A program made the position numbers and the translations under genes. A stretch of DNA of 64,000 nt, from contig JAUJNH010000003.1 in assembly GCA_030448245.1 (NCBI GenBank), positions 43,750-107,749 of the forward strand, given 5' to 3'. Numbering within the stretch: position 1 is the first letter of the stretch; each line of letters opens with the position of its first letter. Source of the DNA: Acidimicrobiales bacterium. GTDB taxonomy: Bacteria; Actinomycetota; Acidimicrobiia; Acidimicrobiales; JAUJNH01. The notes under the pieces are model-generated. The model was not told where the DNA came from. It was given only the letters and a program-made list of their open reading frames with translations, and ran no database searches. Below are positions 26,173 to 35,231 of this stretch, in pieces.

Positions 26173-27124
26173 GAACCGGGTCACCGTCGAGGTCGAGGGG
26201 CGCACGCTCGTCATCGGCAACCTCGACAAGCGCCTCTACCCCGACGGGACCACCAAGGCCGAGGTCATCCACTACCTGACGGCGGTGGCGCCGGTGCTCC
26301 TCCCCCACCTGGCAGGTCGGGCCATCACCATGAAGCGCTTCCCCGACGGCACCCAGGGCGGCTTCTTCTACGAGAAGCGCTGCCCGTCGCACGCCCCCGA
26401 GTGGGTGAGGACGGTGGACCAGTGGGTCAGCCACGGCGCCGGCCGCTGGGGCAAGGAGGACCGGGGCCCGAAGACCAGCGAGGAGGTGCCCTTCTGTGTG
26501 GTCGAAAGCCTGCCGACGCTGGTCTGGCTGGGCGGCATGGCCGCGCTCGAGCTGCACACGCCCATGGCCCAGGCGGCCGGCCGGTGGGGGGCGGAGGTGC
26601 CGACGCTGGTCGTGCTCGACCTCGACCCCGGGGCCCCCGCCAACGCCGTGGAGTGCGCGGTGGTGGCACTGCGCATCCGCGAGCTGCTGGACACCCTCGG
26701 GCTGCGCACCGTCGTCAAGTCCTCGGGCAACAAGGGGCTGCAGGTCTACATCCCGGTCAACGTCCCCGGCACCACCCACGACGGGGCCCGGGGCTTCGCC
26801 CAAGCCATCGCCCTGCTGCTCGAGAAGCAGGACCCGCAGCTGGTCGTGTCGCAGCAGCGCAAGGACCTCCGGCCCGGCAAGGTGCTGATCGACTGGCTCC
26901 AGAACGAGTCGTTCAAGACCACCGTGTCCGTCTACTCGCTGCGGGCCCGGGAGCGACCCACGGTCTCGACGCCGCTGGCCTGGGACGAGGTGGAGGCCCT
27001 GGCCCAGGGCGGTGATCCCGAGTCGATCCAGATGAGCCCCCAGCAGGTGCTGGAACGGGTCGCCCGGCACGGTGACCTCTTCGCCGAGGCCACCACCCTC
27101 GAGCAGCCGCTGCCGAAGCTCTGA
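26165..27124 (+). CDS. ligD: NHEJ DNA polymerase/primase, LigD polymerase-domain type (stand-alone)
   Basis: VEVEGRTLVIGNLDKRLYPDGTTKAEVIHYL, MKRFPDG, FFYEKR, VVLDLDP, SSGNKGLQVYIP. Overlaps the ligase gene by 8 nt. Confidence 0.85.
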   Translation: MAENRVTVEVEGRTLVIGNLDKRLYPDGTTKAEVIHYLTAVAPVLLPHLAGRAITMKRFPDGTQGGFFYEKRCPSHAPEWVRTVDQWVSHGAGRWGKEDRGPKTSEEVPFCVVESLPTLVWLGGMAALELHTPMAQAAGRWGAEVPTLVVLDLDPGAPANAVECAVVALRIRELLDTLGLRTVVKSSGNKGLQVYIPVNVPGTTHDGARGFAQAIALLLEKQDPQLVVSQQRKDLRPGKVLIDWLQNESFKTTVSVYSLRARERPTVSTPLAWDEVEALAQGGDPESIQMSPQQVLERVARHGDLFAEATTLEQPLPKL

Positions 27125-27142
27125 TCGCTACGCTGCGCCCGG

Positions 27143-28357
27143 ATGGCGACCGCGGCCTGGGTCACGCCGCTCCCCCCGGACCGCAACGGGGGCGGCGGCC
27201 AGATCCGCCAGGCCCACCTGCTGCTCGGCCTGGCCCGCCGGGCGGCGATCCACCTGATCTGCCCCGGCCCGGTGGAGGACCAGGCGGTACGGGAGGCGGT
27301 CACCGTGCTCACCGAGGTCGAGCCGCCTGAGGTGGTCTGGCGGGACCGGCACCCCTGGCTGCGACGGAGCGCGAGCCTGGTCGACCTGCTGGCGTTGCGC
27401 ACGCCGCGTGAGGTGCGCTGGTTCGAGCGGTACCGCCCCAGCCTGGCCGCCGCGCTGCAGGACGTGACCGCCGACGTGGTGCTCGTCGAGTTCGTCGGCT
27501 TGGCCCCCCTGCTCCCCCCCTCGCCGGCCCGGCGCGGGCGCTGGGTGCTCACGTTCCACAACCTGCCGTCGCGGATGGCGGCCCAGGAGGCCGCCCTGCG
27601 GTCGCACCCGGTCCAGCGATGGGTGTTCCAGCGGGATGCGGCCGTCGCCGCCGCGTACGAGCGGCGGGCAGCTTCTGGCTTCGACGCCGCCATCACCTGC
27701 ACGACGGCCGATGCGGAGGCGCTGGCGTCTCCGGGCCCGACTCTTGTCGTCCCGAACGGCGTCGACGTCGGCCGCTTCCGCCAGGCCCCTCAGGTCAGCG
27801 AGCCGCGGGTCGTGTTGACGGGCGCCCTCTACACCGCCCCCAACATCGAGGGCGCCCGATGGCTGTGCCACGAGGTGCTGCCCCTGGTGCGGCAGCAGGT
27901 CCCCCACGTCCAGGTCGACATCGTGGGCGCCCGGCCCACCGACGAGGTCCGGGCCCTCGGATTGCAGCCAGGGGTCGCCGTCCACCCCGACGTGGCTGAC
28001 GTCGCGCCGTTCCTGCGGGCGGCCCGGGTGGCCGTGGTGCCCCTGCGCATCGGGTCGGGCAGCCGGCTGAAGGCACTGGAGGCGATGGCCGCCGGCCGGC
28101 CCGTGGTCGGCACCACGATCGGGGTGGAGGGGCTGGACCTGCAGCCCGAACGGGAGGTGCTGATCGCCGACGATCCGGCCGCCTTTGCCGCCGCCACGAT
28201 CCGGCTGCTGCATGATGACCACCTGGCCGCCTCCCTGGCCGCCGCCGGCCGGGCCGCCGTGGAGGCCCGGTTCGACTGGGCGCCCATCGCGGCCCGGTTC
28301 GCCGACGCGGTGCTGGACATCGCCCATCCCGCGCCGGCGGGCCGGGCCGGCGGCTAG
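27143..28357 (+). CDS. glycosyltransferase family 4
   Basis: 404 aa. VVPLRIGSGSRLKALEAMAAGRPVVGTTIGVEGL is a GT-B C-terminal motif. Confidence 0.8.
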   Translation: MATAAWVTPLPPDRNGGGGQIRQAHLLLGLARRAAIHLICPGPVEDQAVREAVTVLTEVEPPEVVWRDRHPWLRRSASLVDLLALRTPREVRWFERYRPSLAAALQDVTADVVLVEFVGLAPLLPPSPARRGRWVLTFHNLPSRMAAQEAALRSHPVQRWVFQRDAAVAAAYERRAASGFDAAITCTTADAEALASPGPTLVVPNGVDVGRFRQAPQVSEPRVVLTGALYTAPNIEGARWLCHEVLPLVRQQVPHVQVDIVGARPTDEVRALGLQPGVAVHPDVADVAPFLRAARVAVVPLRIGSGSRLKALEAMAAGRPVVGTTIGVEGLDLQPEREVLIADDPAAFAAATIRLLHDDHLAASLAAAGRAAVEARFDWAPIAARFADAVLDIAHPAPAGRAGG

Positions 28358-28419
28358 AGCCACCGGGGCGTCCGTCCCGGGCCCGCGGCCGGTCCCCGTA
28401 CAGTTGCAACCCCGATGGG

Positions 28420-29691
28420 GTGTCGCGTCGTGCCGGGCTGGGTCCCGTGAGCGGGCCCGTCATCGAGCTGGACGGGATCTGCAAGCGCTACTGGCAGATC
28501 AAGGAGCGCAGCCTCCTGCGCGCCCTGATCCCGCTCGGGGGCCCGAACCGGACCGAGCTGTGGGCGCTCCGCGACGCCGACCTGCGGGTCGACAAGGGCG
28601 AGACCGTCGGGGTCATCGGTCACAACGGCGCCGGCAAGTCCACCCTCCTGCGGCTCCTCTCGGGCGTCACCAGGCCCACGGCCGGCACGCTGGTCGTCAA
28701 GGGCCGGATCGCCCCGCTCCTCAGCGTCGGGGTCGGCTTCCACCTCGAGATGACGGGCCGCCAGAACGTCTACGTGAACGGGATGCTGCTCGGCCTGACC
28801 CGAGCAGAGATCAGGGAGCGCTTCGGCCAGATCGTCGAGTTCTCCGGTCTGTCCGACTTCATCGACACCCCGGTCAAGTTCTATTCGACCGGCATGTTCA
28901 TGCGCCTCGGGTTCTCGGTCGCCGTCCAGGTCGACCCCGACGTGCTCATCGTCGATGAGGTGCTGGCCGTCGGCGACATGGCCTTCCAGCTGCGCTGCCT
29001 CGACCGGATGCGCGAGCTGCAGCGGGCCGGGACGACGATCGTGTTCGTCAGCCACCACATGCACGCCATCCACCTGCTGTGCCCTCGCACGGTCGTCCTG
29101 GACCACGGCCGCGTCGACTTCGACGGCCCCACCGAGCCGGCCATCGCCCGGTTCCACAAGCTCCTCTCGAACCCCGACGGCACGGGCTCCGTCGCACCCG
29201 TGCAGGTCGTCGGCCGCGAGCTGCTCCTCGAGGACGGCACCCCCGTCGTCGACGTCGAGCAGACCCAGCTGCTGACCTACGTGGTGCGCGTGCGGTTCGG
29301 TGCCCCGGTCGACGGCCCGGGCGTGAACTTCCGGGTGGTGTCCGAGGACGGCCGGCTGGCCTACGCCAGGCAGACCGTCCTCGGCGAGCAGTGGCGCCAC
29401 TACTCCGCTGGGTCCGAGGCCGAGGTCCGCATCCGGTTCCGGCCGCGACTGGGCGGCGGCGGCACGTTCCACCTCAGCGTCGACATCACCGACCACCTCA
29501 CGACCATCCTCACCACCGACCTCGACGGCCCGTCGTTCTACGTCCCGCCCCTCTACGGCGTCGAGGGCCCCGCCGACCTGGAGGGCGCCATCACCGTCGA
29601 CGGGACGTCGAGGACCGACTACACCTGGGACCGCTTGGTGACGGGTCCAGCGACCGTGCCACCGGCGGCGGAGGAAAGCACCGGCCCCTGA
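28420..29691 (+). CDS. polysaccharide-export ABC transporter ATP-binding protein (Wzt/TagH type) with about 170-aa C-terminal beta-rich extension
   Basis: Walker A GHNGAGKST, signature-like YSTGMFMRLGFS, Walker B LIVDEVLAVGD. The extension VQVVGRELLLEDG...NFRVVSEDGRLAY...FHLSVDITDH lies where Wzt carbohydrate-binding domains sit. An alternative GTG start exists at 28447. Confidence 0.85.
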   Translation: MSRRAGLGPVSGPVIELDGICKRYWQIKERSLLRALIPLGGPNRTELWALRDADLRVDKGETVGVIGHNGAGKSTLLRLLSGVTRPTAGTLVVKGRIAPLLSVGVGFHLEMTGRQNVYVNGMLLGLTRAEIRERFGQIVEFSGLSDFIDTPVKFYSTGMFMRLGFSVAVQVDPDVLIVDEVLAVGDMAFQLRCLDRMRELQRAGTTIVFVSHHMHAIHLLCPRTVVLDHGRVDFDGPTEPAIARFHKLLSNPDGTGSVAPVQVVGRELLLEDGTPVVDVEQTQLLTYVVRVRFGAPVDGPGVNFRVVSEDGRLAYARQTVLGEQWRHYSAGSEAEVRIRFRPRLGGGGTFHLSVDITDHLTTILTTDLDGPSFYVPPLYGVEGPADLEGAITVDGTSRTDYTWDRLVTGPATVPPAAEESTGP

Positions 29692-29763
29692 TGGGCGAGG
29701 GCCGGCCTCCGGCCGGTGCGCCAGCCGGGGCCTACGGGCGGCGACTGGTAGGTTCCCGACGGG

Positions 29764-30759
29764 ATGGGTGAGCGGACGGTGCAAGCCGGCGGCTTTCGCC
29801 TGACGGTGGGGGTGCCCGATCGATGGGCCAAGGCCGTGCGGGGCGCCATCGGCCGGGAGGCACCGCCTCGCGGCAACCAGGGCGACCAGCCCGACGGCGG
29901 GCTGGTCGTCCGCCCGGTTCTGGCCGTGCCGTTCGAGCGGCGGGACCCCGACGCCGGCCTCGGCTTCGTCCGCGACCGGATCCGCTGGCGGGTCGACCAC
30001 CGGCTGGAGGCCGCTCCCGACGAGGTCGAGGACACTGCGGAGGCGCTGGCTCGCTGCGTCGCCGCCCGCCCCTGGTACCACACGATCGAGCTGCCCCACG
30101 GCATCGTGACGCACGGGGCCTACGACAACCGGGCCCTGGTCCCGCACTACGGCATCCCGGCCGACCTTCGCGGCCAGCGCGTCCTGGACGTGGCGTCGGC
30201 TGACGGGTTCTGGGCGTTCGAATTCGAGCGCCGGGGCGCCACGGTCACCGCCGTGGACATCGAGACCACCGCCGACGTCGACCTCCCCGGCCCGGTGCGC
30301 GAGCGGGCGGCGGCCCTGGGGATGGCTGACCCGATCACCGACGGGTTCGCGCTGGCGAAGCGGGCCCTCAAGTCGAACGTGGAGCACGTCACGTGCACGA
30401 TCTACGACCTCGACCCGGAACGACTCGGCCGGTTCGACCTGGTGCACGCCGGCGACGTCCTCCTCCACCTCCGCGACCCGCTCGGGGCGCTTGAGCAGCT
30501 CCGCCGGGTGACCGGCGGAACCGCGCTCCTGTCCGACGTCTTCGACCCGGCGCTCCCCGACGCACCACCGGGTGGCGGAAAGCCGGCGCTCTACTACGGG
30601 GGCGGCAACGCCGCATGGTGGCGGCCGTCGCTCGGCACGCTCGTGCAGATGGTGGCCGACACCGGCTTCTCCGACGTCGAGGTGGTGACGACCTACCAGC
30701 TGGCAGCGCGAGGGGAGCCGGTCGGGCACTGGCGGGCAGTGATGCGGGCCACGCCGTGA
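29764..30759 (+). CDS. class I SAM-dependent methyltransferase (DUF1698/CmoB-like architecture)
   Basis: ARPWYHTIELPHGIVTHGAYDNRALVPHYGIPADLRGQRVLDVASADGFWAFEFERRGATVTAVD. The N-terminal start is uncertain. Confidence 0.7.
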   Translation: MGERTVQAGGFRLTVGVPDRWAKAVRGAIGREAPPRGNQGDQPDGGLVVRPVLAVPFERRDPDAGLGFVRDRIRWRVDHRLEAAPDEVEDTAEALARCVAARPWYHTIELPHGIVTHGAYDNRALVPHYGIPADLRGQRVLDVASADGFWAFEFERRGATVTAVDIETTADVDLPGPVRERAAALGMADPITDGFALAKRALKSNVEHVTCTIYDLDPERLGRFDLVHAGDVLLHLRDPLGALEQLRRVTGGTALLSDVFDPALPDAPPGGGKPALYYGGGNAAWWRPSLGTLVQMVADTGFSDVEVVTTYQLAARGEPVGHWRAVMRATP

Positions 30760-30816
30760 CCACCGCCGGCGCCAGGGGCTCGGAGCCGTTTGAGGGTGCC
30801 GGGATAGGATCGGCGG

Positions 30817-31692
30817 ATGGCCATCTCTCAGGCGGGCGACGACCTCGGCCGTCAGGCTAGGGGCGCGGCGACGGGTCCGACGGCCAGCGATCGGTACCTC
30901 ACCCTGCTGAAGCGCTGCCTCACCCGGTACGACTTCGACGAGGACCTCGACCCCGTCGTGCCCGGCTCGCCGCTGAAGCGGCAGATCTGGGCCCAGGTGT
31001 CGAAGGTGCTGGAGCGCCGGGACCTGGTGGCCTACCGCAAGCGCCCGTTCGAGGCCTGGCTGCGCGAGGAGGGTCGCGACTGGCCGACCAGGGCCGAGAC
31101 GATGATCGGGCTCCGCCGGCTCGACAACCTGCAGGAGTGCATCGAGACCGTGGTCGCCGACGGGGTGCCGGGCGACGTGCTCGAGGCGGGTGTCTGGCGC
31201 GGTGGGGCCGGCATCCTCATGCGGGCCGTCCTCGACGTCCTGGGCGACACCGAGCGCACCGTCTGGCTGGCCGACTCGTTCCAGGGCCTGCCCAAGCCTC
31301 GGCCCGAGCACCCGGCGGACGCCGACGACAAGCACTGGACCCAGCCGTTCCTGGCGGTCTCGCTCGACGAGGTCAAGCGCAACTTCGCCCGCTACGACAT
31401 GCTCGACGACCGCGTCCGCTTCCTCGAGGGCTGGTTCAGCGACACGCTGCCCGCCGCCCCGATCGAGCAGCTGGCCGTCCTGCGGGCCGACGGCGACATG
31501 TACGGCTCGACGATGGACGTGCTCGACGCCCTCTACGCCAAGGTCTCGGTCGGCGGGTTCGTGATCATCGACGACTACGGCGAGATCGCCCAGTGCCGAG
31601 CCGCCGTCGAGGACTTCCGGACCCAGCACAAGATCAGCGAGCCGCTCCAGCGCATCGACGGCAGCGGCGTGTTCTGGCGGCGCCGGCGCTGA
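30817..31692 (+). CDS. TylF/MycF-family (macrocin-type) sugar O-methyltransferase
   Basis: RAETMIGLRRLDNLQECIETVVADGVPGDVLEAGVWRGGAGILM, LADSFQGLP and LRADGDMYGSTMDVL are typical TylF-family blocks. Confidence 0.85.
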   Translation: MAISQAGDDLGRQARGAATGPTASDRYLTLLKRCLTRYDFDEDLDPVVPGSPLKRQIWAQVSKVLERRDLVAYRKRPFEAWLREEGRDWPTRAETMIGLRRLDNLQECIETVVADGVPGDVLEAGVWRGGAGILMRAVLDVLGDTERTVWLADSFQGLPKPRPEHPADADDKHWTQPFLAVSLDEVKRNFARYDMLDDRVRFLEGWFSDTLPAAPIEQLAVLRADGDMYGSTMDVLDALYAKVSVGGFVIIDDYGEIAQCRAAVEDFRTQHKISEPLQRIDGSGVFWRRRR

Positions 31693-31710
31693 GCCACCCG
31701 GCCGAACGGG

Positions 31711-32687
31711 GTGAGGCGGCCGGCGGGGAGACCCCCTCCGCCAGCGCCGTCGACGTCGAGGTCTCGATCGTCGACCACGAGAACCGGGAGGTCGTCCGGG
31801 CCTGCCTGCTCACCCTCCCCGCCGCCGTCGAGGGCCTGACGTGGCGGGCGACGGTGATCGACAACGTGTCGGGGGACGGCAGCCTCGACATGCTGGCCGC
31901 CGAGTTCCCGGACGTCGGCGTGGTGGCCAACCCGGTGCGCCTGGGCTTTGGCGCCAACCACAACCAGGTCGTGCGCCGCCTCCTCGCCGACGGCTCGGCC
32001 CGCTACCTCCTGGTGCTGAACGACGACACCGAGCTGGCGCCGCAGGCCGTCACCCGGATGGTGGCCGCCCTCGACCGCCACCCCGACCTCGCCGCCGTGG
32101 TGCCCTCGGTGGTCGACGGCAACGGCCGGCCGGCGGCCACCCGCCTCGCCTACCCGTCGGTCCGAAGCTGGCTGCGCGCCGACCGCTTCGACATCACCGA
32201 GCTCCCTGACCCCGAGGGCTGGCTGCAGGGCTCGTGCCTGCTGCTGCGGGTCGACGCCCTGCGCCAGGTCGGGGGGTTCGACGAGCAGTTCTTCCTGTTC
32301 TACGAGGACGTCGACCTCAGCCGGCGGCTCGTCCAGGCCGGCTGGGGCCTCGGTGTCTGCCCCGAGGCCACCGTCGTGCACCACGGGCACGCCACCGTGC
32401 TGAGGCCCGAGCTGGTCCGGGCCACCTACCGGCAGGGCCACCGCAGCCGCTACCTCTACGTCCGCAAGCACCTCGGCCCCCGCCAGGCCGCGCTGCTGTC
32501 GGCGTTGGGGCGGGCGGTCCTGCTGGCCCGGGCCGTCAAGCTGCGGCTCGAGTGGGCCCGCACCCGGCAGCCCGACACCCGCGACCGGGCCCGCCACCTC
32601 CTCGACCTGGCCCGCTCCGACCCGCGCCGGCCGCTGGCCCACGAGGCCGACCAGCTCCGGCGGAGCCCCGCTCAGAAGTTGAAGTAG
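31711..32687 (+). CDS. glycosyltransferase family 2; start region apparently frame-broken
   Basis: VSIVDHENREVVRACLLTL, VIDNVSGDGS, LVLNDDTEL, FFLFYEDVDLSRR. No in-frame ATG or GTG precedes the conserved VSIVDHEN (in-frame from 31749). GTG 31711 in the +1 frame would join if the C5 run at 31732-31736 were C6. Confidence 0.7.
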
Positions 32688-34087
32688 ATGAAGGGGACGG
32701 GCGTCCCGCCGCTGAACACGACGATCGGCACGATCATCAGGCCGTAGGCGACGCCGCGCAGCGCCGGGTTCCACCGGAGCATCGGCGTGTGGTCGCGGGC
32801 CCGGTGCTGGGCGGAGTCGAGGAGGAGCACGGCGGCGGCAGCCAGGGCCACCAGGACCACGGCGCCCCGGTCGGTGACGCCGCCCTGCAGCCGGGCGATG
32901 CCGCCCAGGTAGCCCAGCGCCCCACTGATCGAGTCGGCCCGGAAGAACACCCAGGCCAGGCACACGAGCTGGAAGGTGACGACCGTGCGCACGAGGTCGC
33001 GACGCAGCGACCAGGGCCGCCAGGCGTCCTCGTCGACGACCCTGGTGAAGCGCCGCTCGCCGGCCAGGTACAGGCCGTGCAGCCCGCCCCAGACCACGAA
33101 CGTGAGCGCCGCCCCGTGCCACAGGCCGCCGATGAGCATCGTGAGCAGGAGGTTCCGGTAGGTGAGCAGGCCGCTGCCCCGGTTCCCGCCCAGGGGAATG
33201 TAGAGGTAGTCGCGCAGCCAGTTCGAGAGCGAGATGTGCCAGCGCCGCCAGAACTCGGTGACGCTCCGGGACAGGTAGGGCTGGTTGAAGTTCTCCGGGA
33301 GGCTGATGCCCAGCAGCGACGACGAGCCGCGGGCGATGTCGGAGTACCCGGAGAAGTCGCCGTAGATCTGGAAGGCGAAGGCCCAGACCCCGACGAGCAG
33401 GCCCAGCGAGCTGGTGGTCTCGGGCGAGGCGAAGGCGTCGTTCACGTACGGCGCCAGCATGTCGGCGATGGCCACCTTCTTGAACAGCCCGAGGAGGATG
33501 AGCACGGCCGCCCGGCGGATCTCGGGCCCGTCGGGCCGGGTGCGCTCCCGGCCGAACTGGGGGAGCTGCAGGTGGGCCCGCCCTATGGGCCCGGCCACCA
33601 GCTGCGGGAAGAAGGCGACGAAGACGGCGAAGTCGAGGAGGCTGCGGGTGGGCTCGATCTTCCTGCGGTACACGTCGAAGGCGTACGAGATGCCGTGGAA
33701 CGTGTAGAACGAGATGCCCACCGGCAGCAGGATCCGCAGGACGGGGGGGCTCACGTCGATCCCCAGCTGGTCCAGCAGGCGGGCGCCGTCGGTCAGGAAG
33801 AAGTCGAAGTACTTGAAGAAGCCGAGGATCCCGAGGTTCACGGCCAGGCTGACGAGGAAGATCCGCTTGCGCCGCCGCTCGTCGTCGGTCCCCTCGAGCA
33901 CCCGCCCCACCACGAAGTCGGTGAGCGTGGACAGCATGAGCAGGCCGAGGAAGCGCCAGTCGAAAGCGCCGTAGAAGACGTACGACGCCACGAGCAGCAG
34001 CACGTTCTGGGCCCGCCGGCCCAGCATCCAGTAGGCGGCCAGCACGAGCGGCAGGAACAGCGCGTACTGGAGGGAGTTGAACGTCAC
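32672..34087 (-). CDS. MBOAT-family membrane O-acyltransferase (AlgI/DltB-like)
   Basis: 471 aa from GTG 34087. VTFNSLQYALFLPLVL, ISFYTFHGISYAFDVYR, FWRRWHISLSNWLRDYLYIPLGG, GGLWHGA. Confidence 0.85.
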   Translation of the reverse strand: MTFNSLQYALFLPLVLAAYWMLGRRAQNVLLLVASYVFYGAFDWRFLGLLMLSTLTDFVVGRVLEGTDDERRRKRIFLVSLAVNLGILGFFKYFDFFLTDGARLLDQLGIDVSPPVLRILLPVGISFYTFHGISYAFDVYRRKIEPTRSLLDFAVFVAFFPQLVAGPIGRAHLQLPQFGRERTRPDGPEIRRAAVLILLGLFKKVAIADMLAPYVNDAFASPETTSSLGLLVGVWAFAFQIYGDFSGYSDIARGSSSLLGISLPENFNQPYLSRSVTEFWRRWHISLSNWLRDYLYIPLGGNRGSGLLTYRNLLLTMLIGGLWHGAALTFVVWGGLHGLYLAGERRFTRVVDEDAWRPWSLRRDLVRTVVTFQLVCLAWVFFRADSISGALGYLGGIARLQGGVTDRGAVVLVALAAAAVLLLDSAQHRARDHTPMLRWNPALRGVAYGLMIVPIVVFSGGTPVPFIYFNF

Positions 34088-35187
34088 GGCTCGGCGAGGC
34101 GGGCCGCGGCCAGCTCCTGCTGCACCAGGGGGGCCAGGTACGACGAGAGTTGGGCCGCCCCGGCCCCGTTGAGGTGGACCGGGTCGGCGAACAGCGCGGT
34201 CGGCCACACCCCCGGCTGCACGAAGGCGGCGCCGCTGCGCTGCGCCACCCCGGCGAAGGCCTCCATGGCCTTGCGGTAGTCGGCCTCGCCCCCGGGGTGG
34301 GCGACGATGAGGTCGGTGGTGACCGGCATGGCCACGAGCAGCACCCGGGCACCGGCCACGCGGATCGCCCGGATCATCTCCTGCAGGATCGTCACGTTCT
34401 CCAGGCCGACGGTGAAGCCCTGCAGGGCGGCCACCACGCCCTGGATGACGGCCTGCGCCTGGCCCGGCCCGCCCTTCTCGAGGTAGCCCAGGTCGGCGAA
34501 GGCCAGGTCGTGGCCGTCCGGGCTGAGCTCGGGGTCGAAGACGTTCGGGTCGACCGTGTCCCCACGGAAGGGGTGGCGCAGCGAGCTGCGGTACCGGTAG
34601 AGCATCGAGTGCTCGCGCAGGAAGGCGTCGGCCCGGTCGACCGGGCTGCCTCGGCCCTCGGCCGCCCGCACCACCCGGGAGGCCCGGTAGGCCCCCACCC
34701 CGGCCTCGGGGGCCAGGACGCTGGGGTTCAGCTCGTTGCTGGAGAAGCCGACGACGACCACCTTCGGGTCGAGCTTGGGCAGCACGATCCTGGTCGTCCA
34801 GTCGGCGATGACGGGCAGGGTCTCGCCCGCGATCGACGCGTTGTAGACCGTGGTGCCCGGCACCGCCTGGGCGAGGGCGGCCGGATCGCCCCCGGCGTCG
34901 AGCATCGAGTCGCCGACCAGCACGACCTCCGGCCGGCGGCCCTCGCGGGCCCGGGCGCCGATCTGGGTGAACTTCTTCTGCAGCTCGGGCGTGGGCCACA
35001 CGTTCGGCTCGTCGAGGTGGGAGCGGCCGGCCCTGACCGCGAGCTCGGCCAGGAGCAGCACGGCCAGGGCGACGGCGATCGGGACCACACGGCCCCGGTG
35101 GCGCCGCCGGGTGTCGGGGCGACGCGGCCCGACACCCGGCGTGACCCCGGCCTCGGCGCCCGTGTCGGTGGCCGTCACCCCGGACAT
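34084..35187 (-). CDS. membrane-anchored SGNH/GDSL-like hydrolase/acyltransferase partner of the MBOAT protein
   Basis: From ATG 35187: TM segment VVPIAVALAVLLLAELAV, block I EVVLVGDSML, NASIAG, block V-like DPVHLNGAGA. Its stop overlaps the MBOAT start (GTGA). Confidence 0.6.
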   Translation of the reverse strand: MSGVTATDTGAEAGVTPGVGPRRPDTRRRHRGRVVPIAVALAVLLLAELAVRAGRSHLDEPNVWPTPELQKKFTQIGARAREGRRPEVVLVGDSMLDAGGDPAALAQAVPGTTVYNASIAGETLPVIADWTTRIVLPKLDPKVVVVGFSSNELNPSVLAPEAGVGAYRASRVVRAAEGRGSPVDRADAFLREHSMLYRYRSSLRHPFRGDTVDPNVFDPELSPDGHDLAFADLGYLEKGGPGQAQAVIQGVVAALQGFTVGLENVTILQEMIRAIRVAGARVLLVAMPVTTDLIVAHPGGEADYRKAMEAFAGVAQRSGAAFVQPGVWPTALFADPVHLNGAGAAQLSSYLAPLVQQELAAARLAEP

Positions 35188-35231
35188 CCTGGCAGTTCGC
35201 CCCGTCGCCCCCCGGGCGCCGGCCGGTGGCC

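Noticed and set aside
28354-31629. 1091-aa reverse-strand ORF, the second-longest in the track, spanning the Wzt, methyltransferase and TylF genes
   Set aside because: Its composition is dominated by Arg, Pro, Gly, Ala and Asp-His runs and it has no recognisable motif. It is the antisense shadow of three + strand genes with clear family motifs. Stop codons are rare in any frame at this G+C content.
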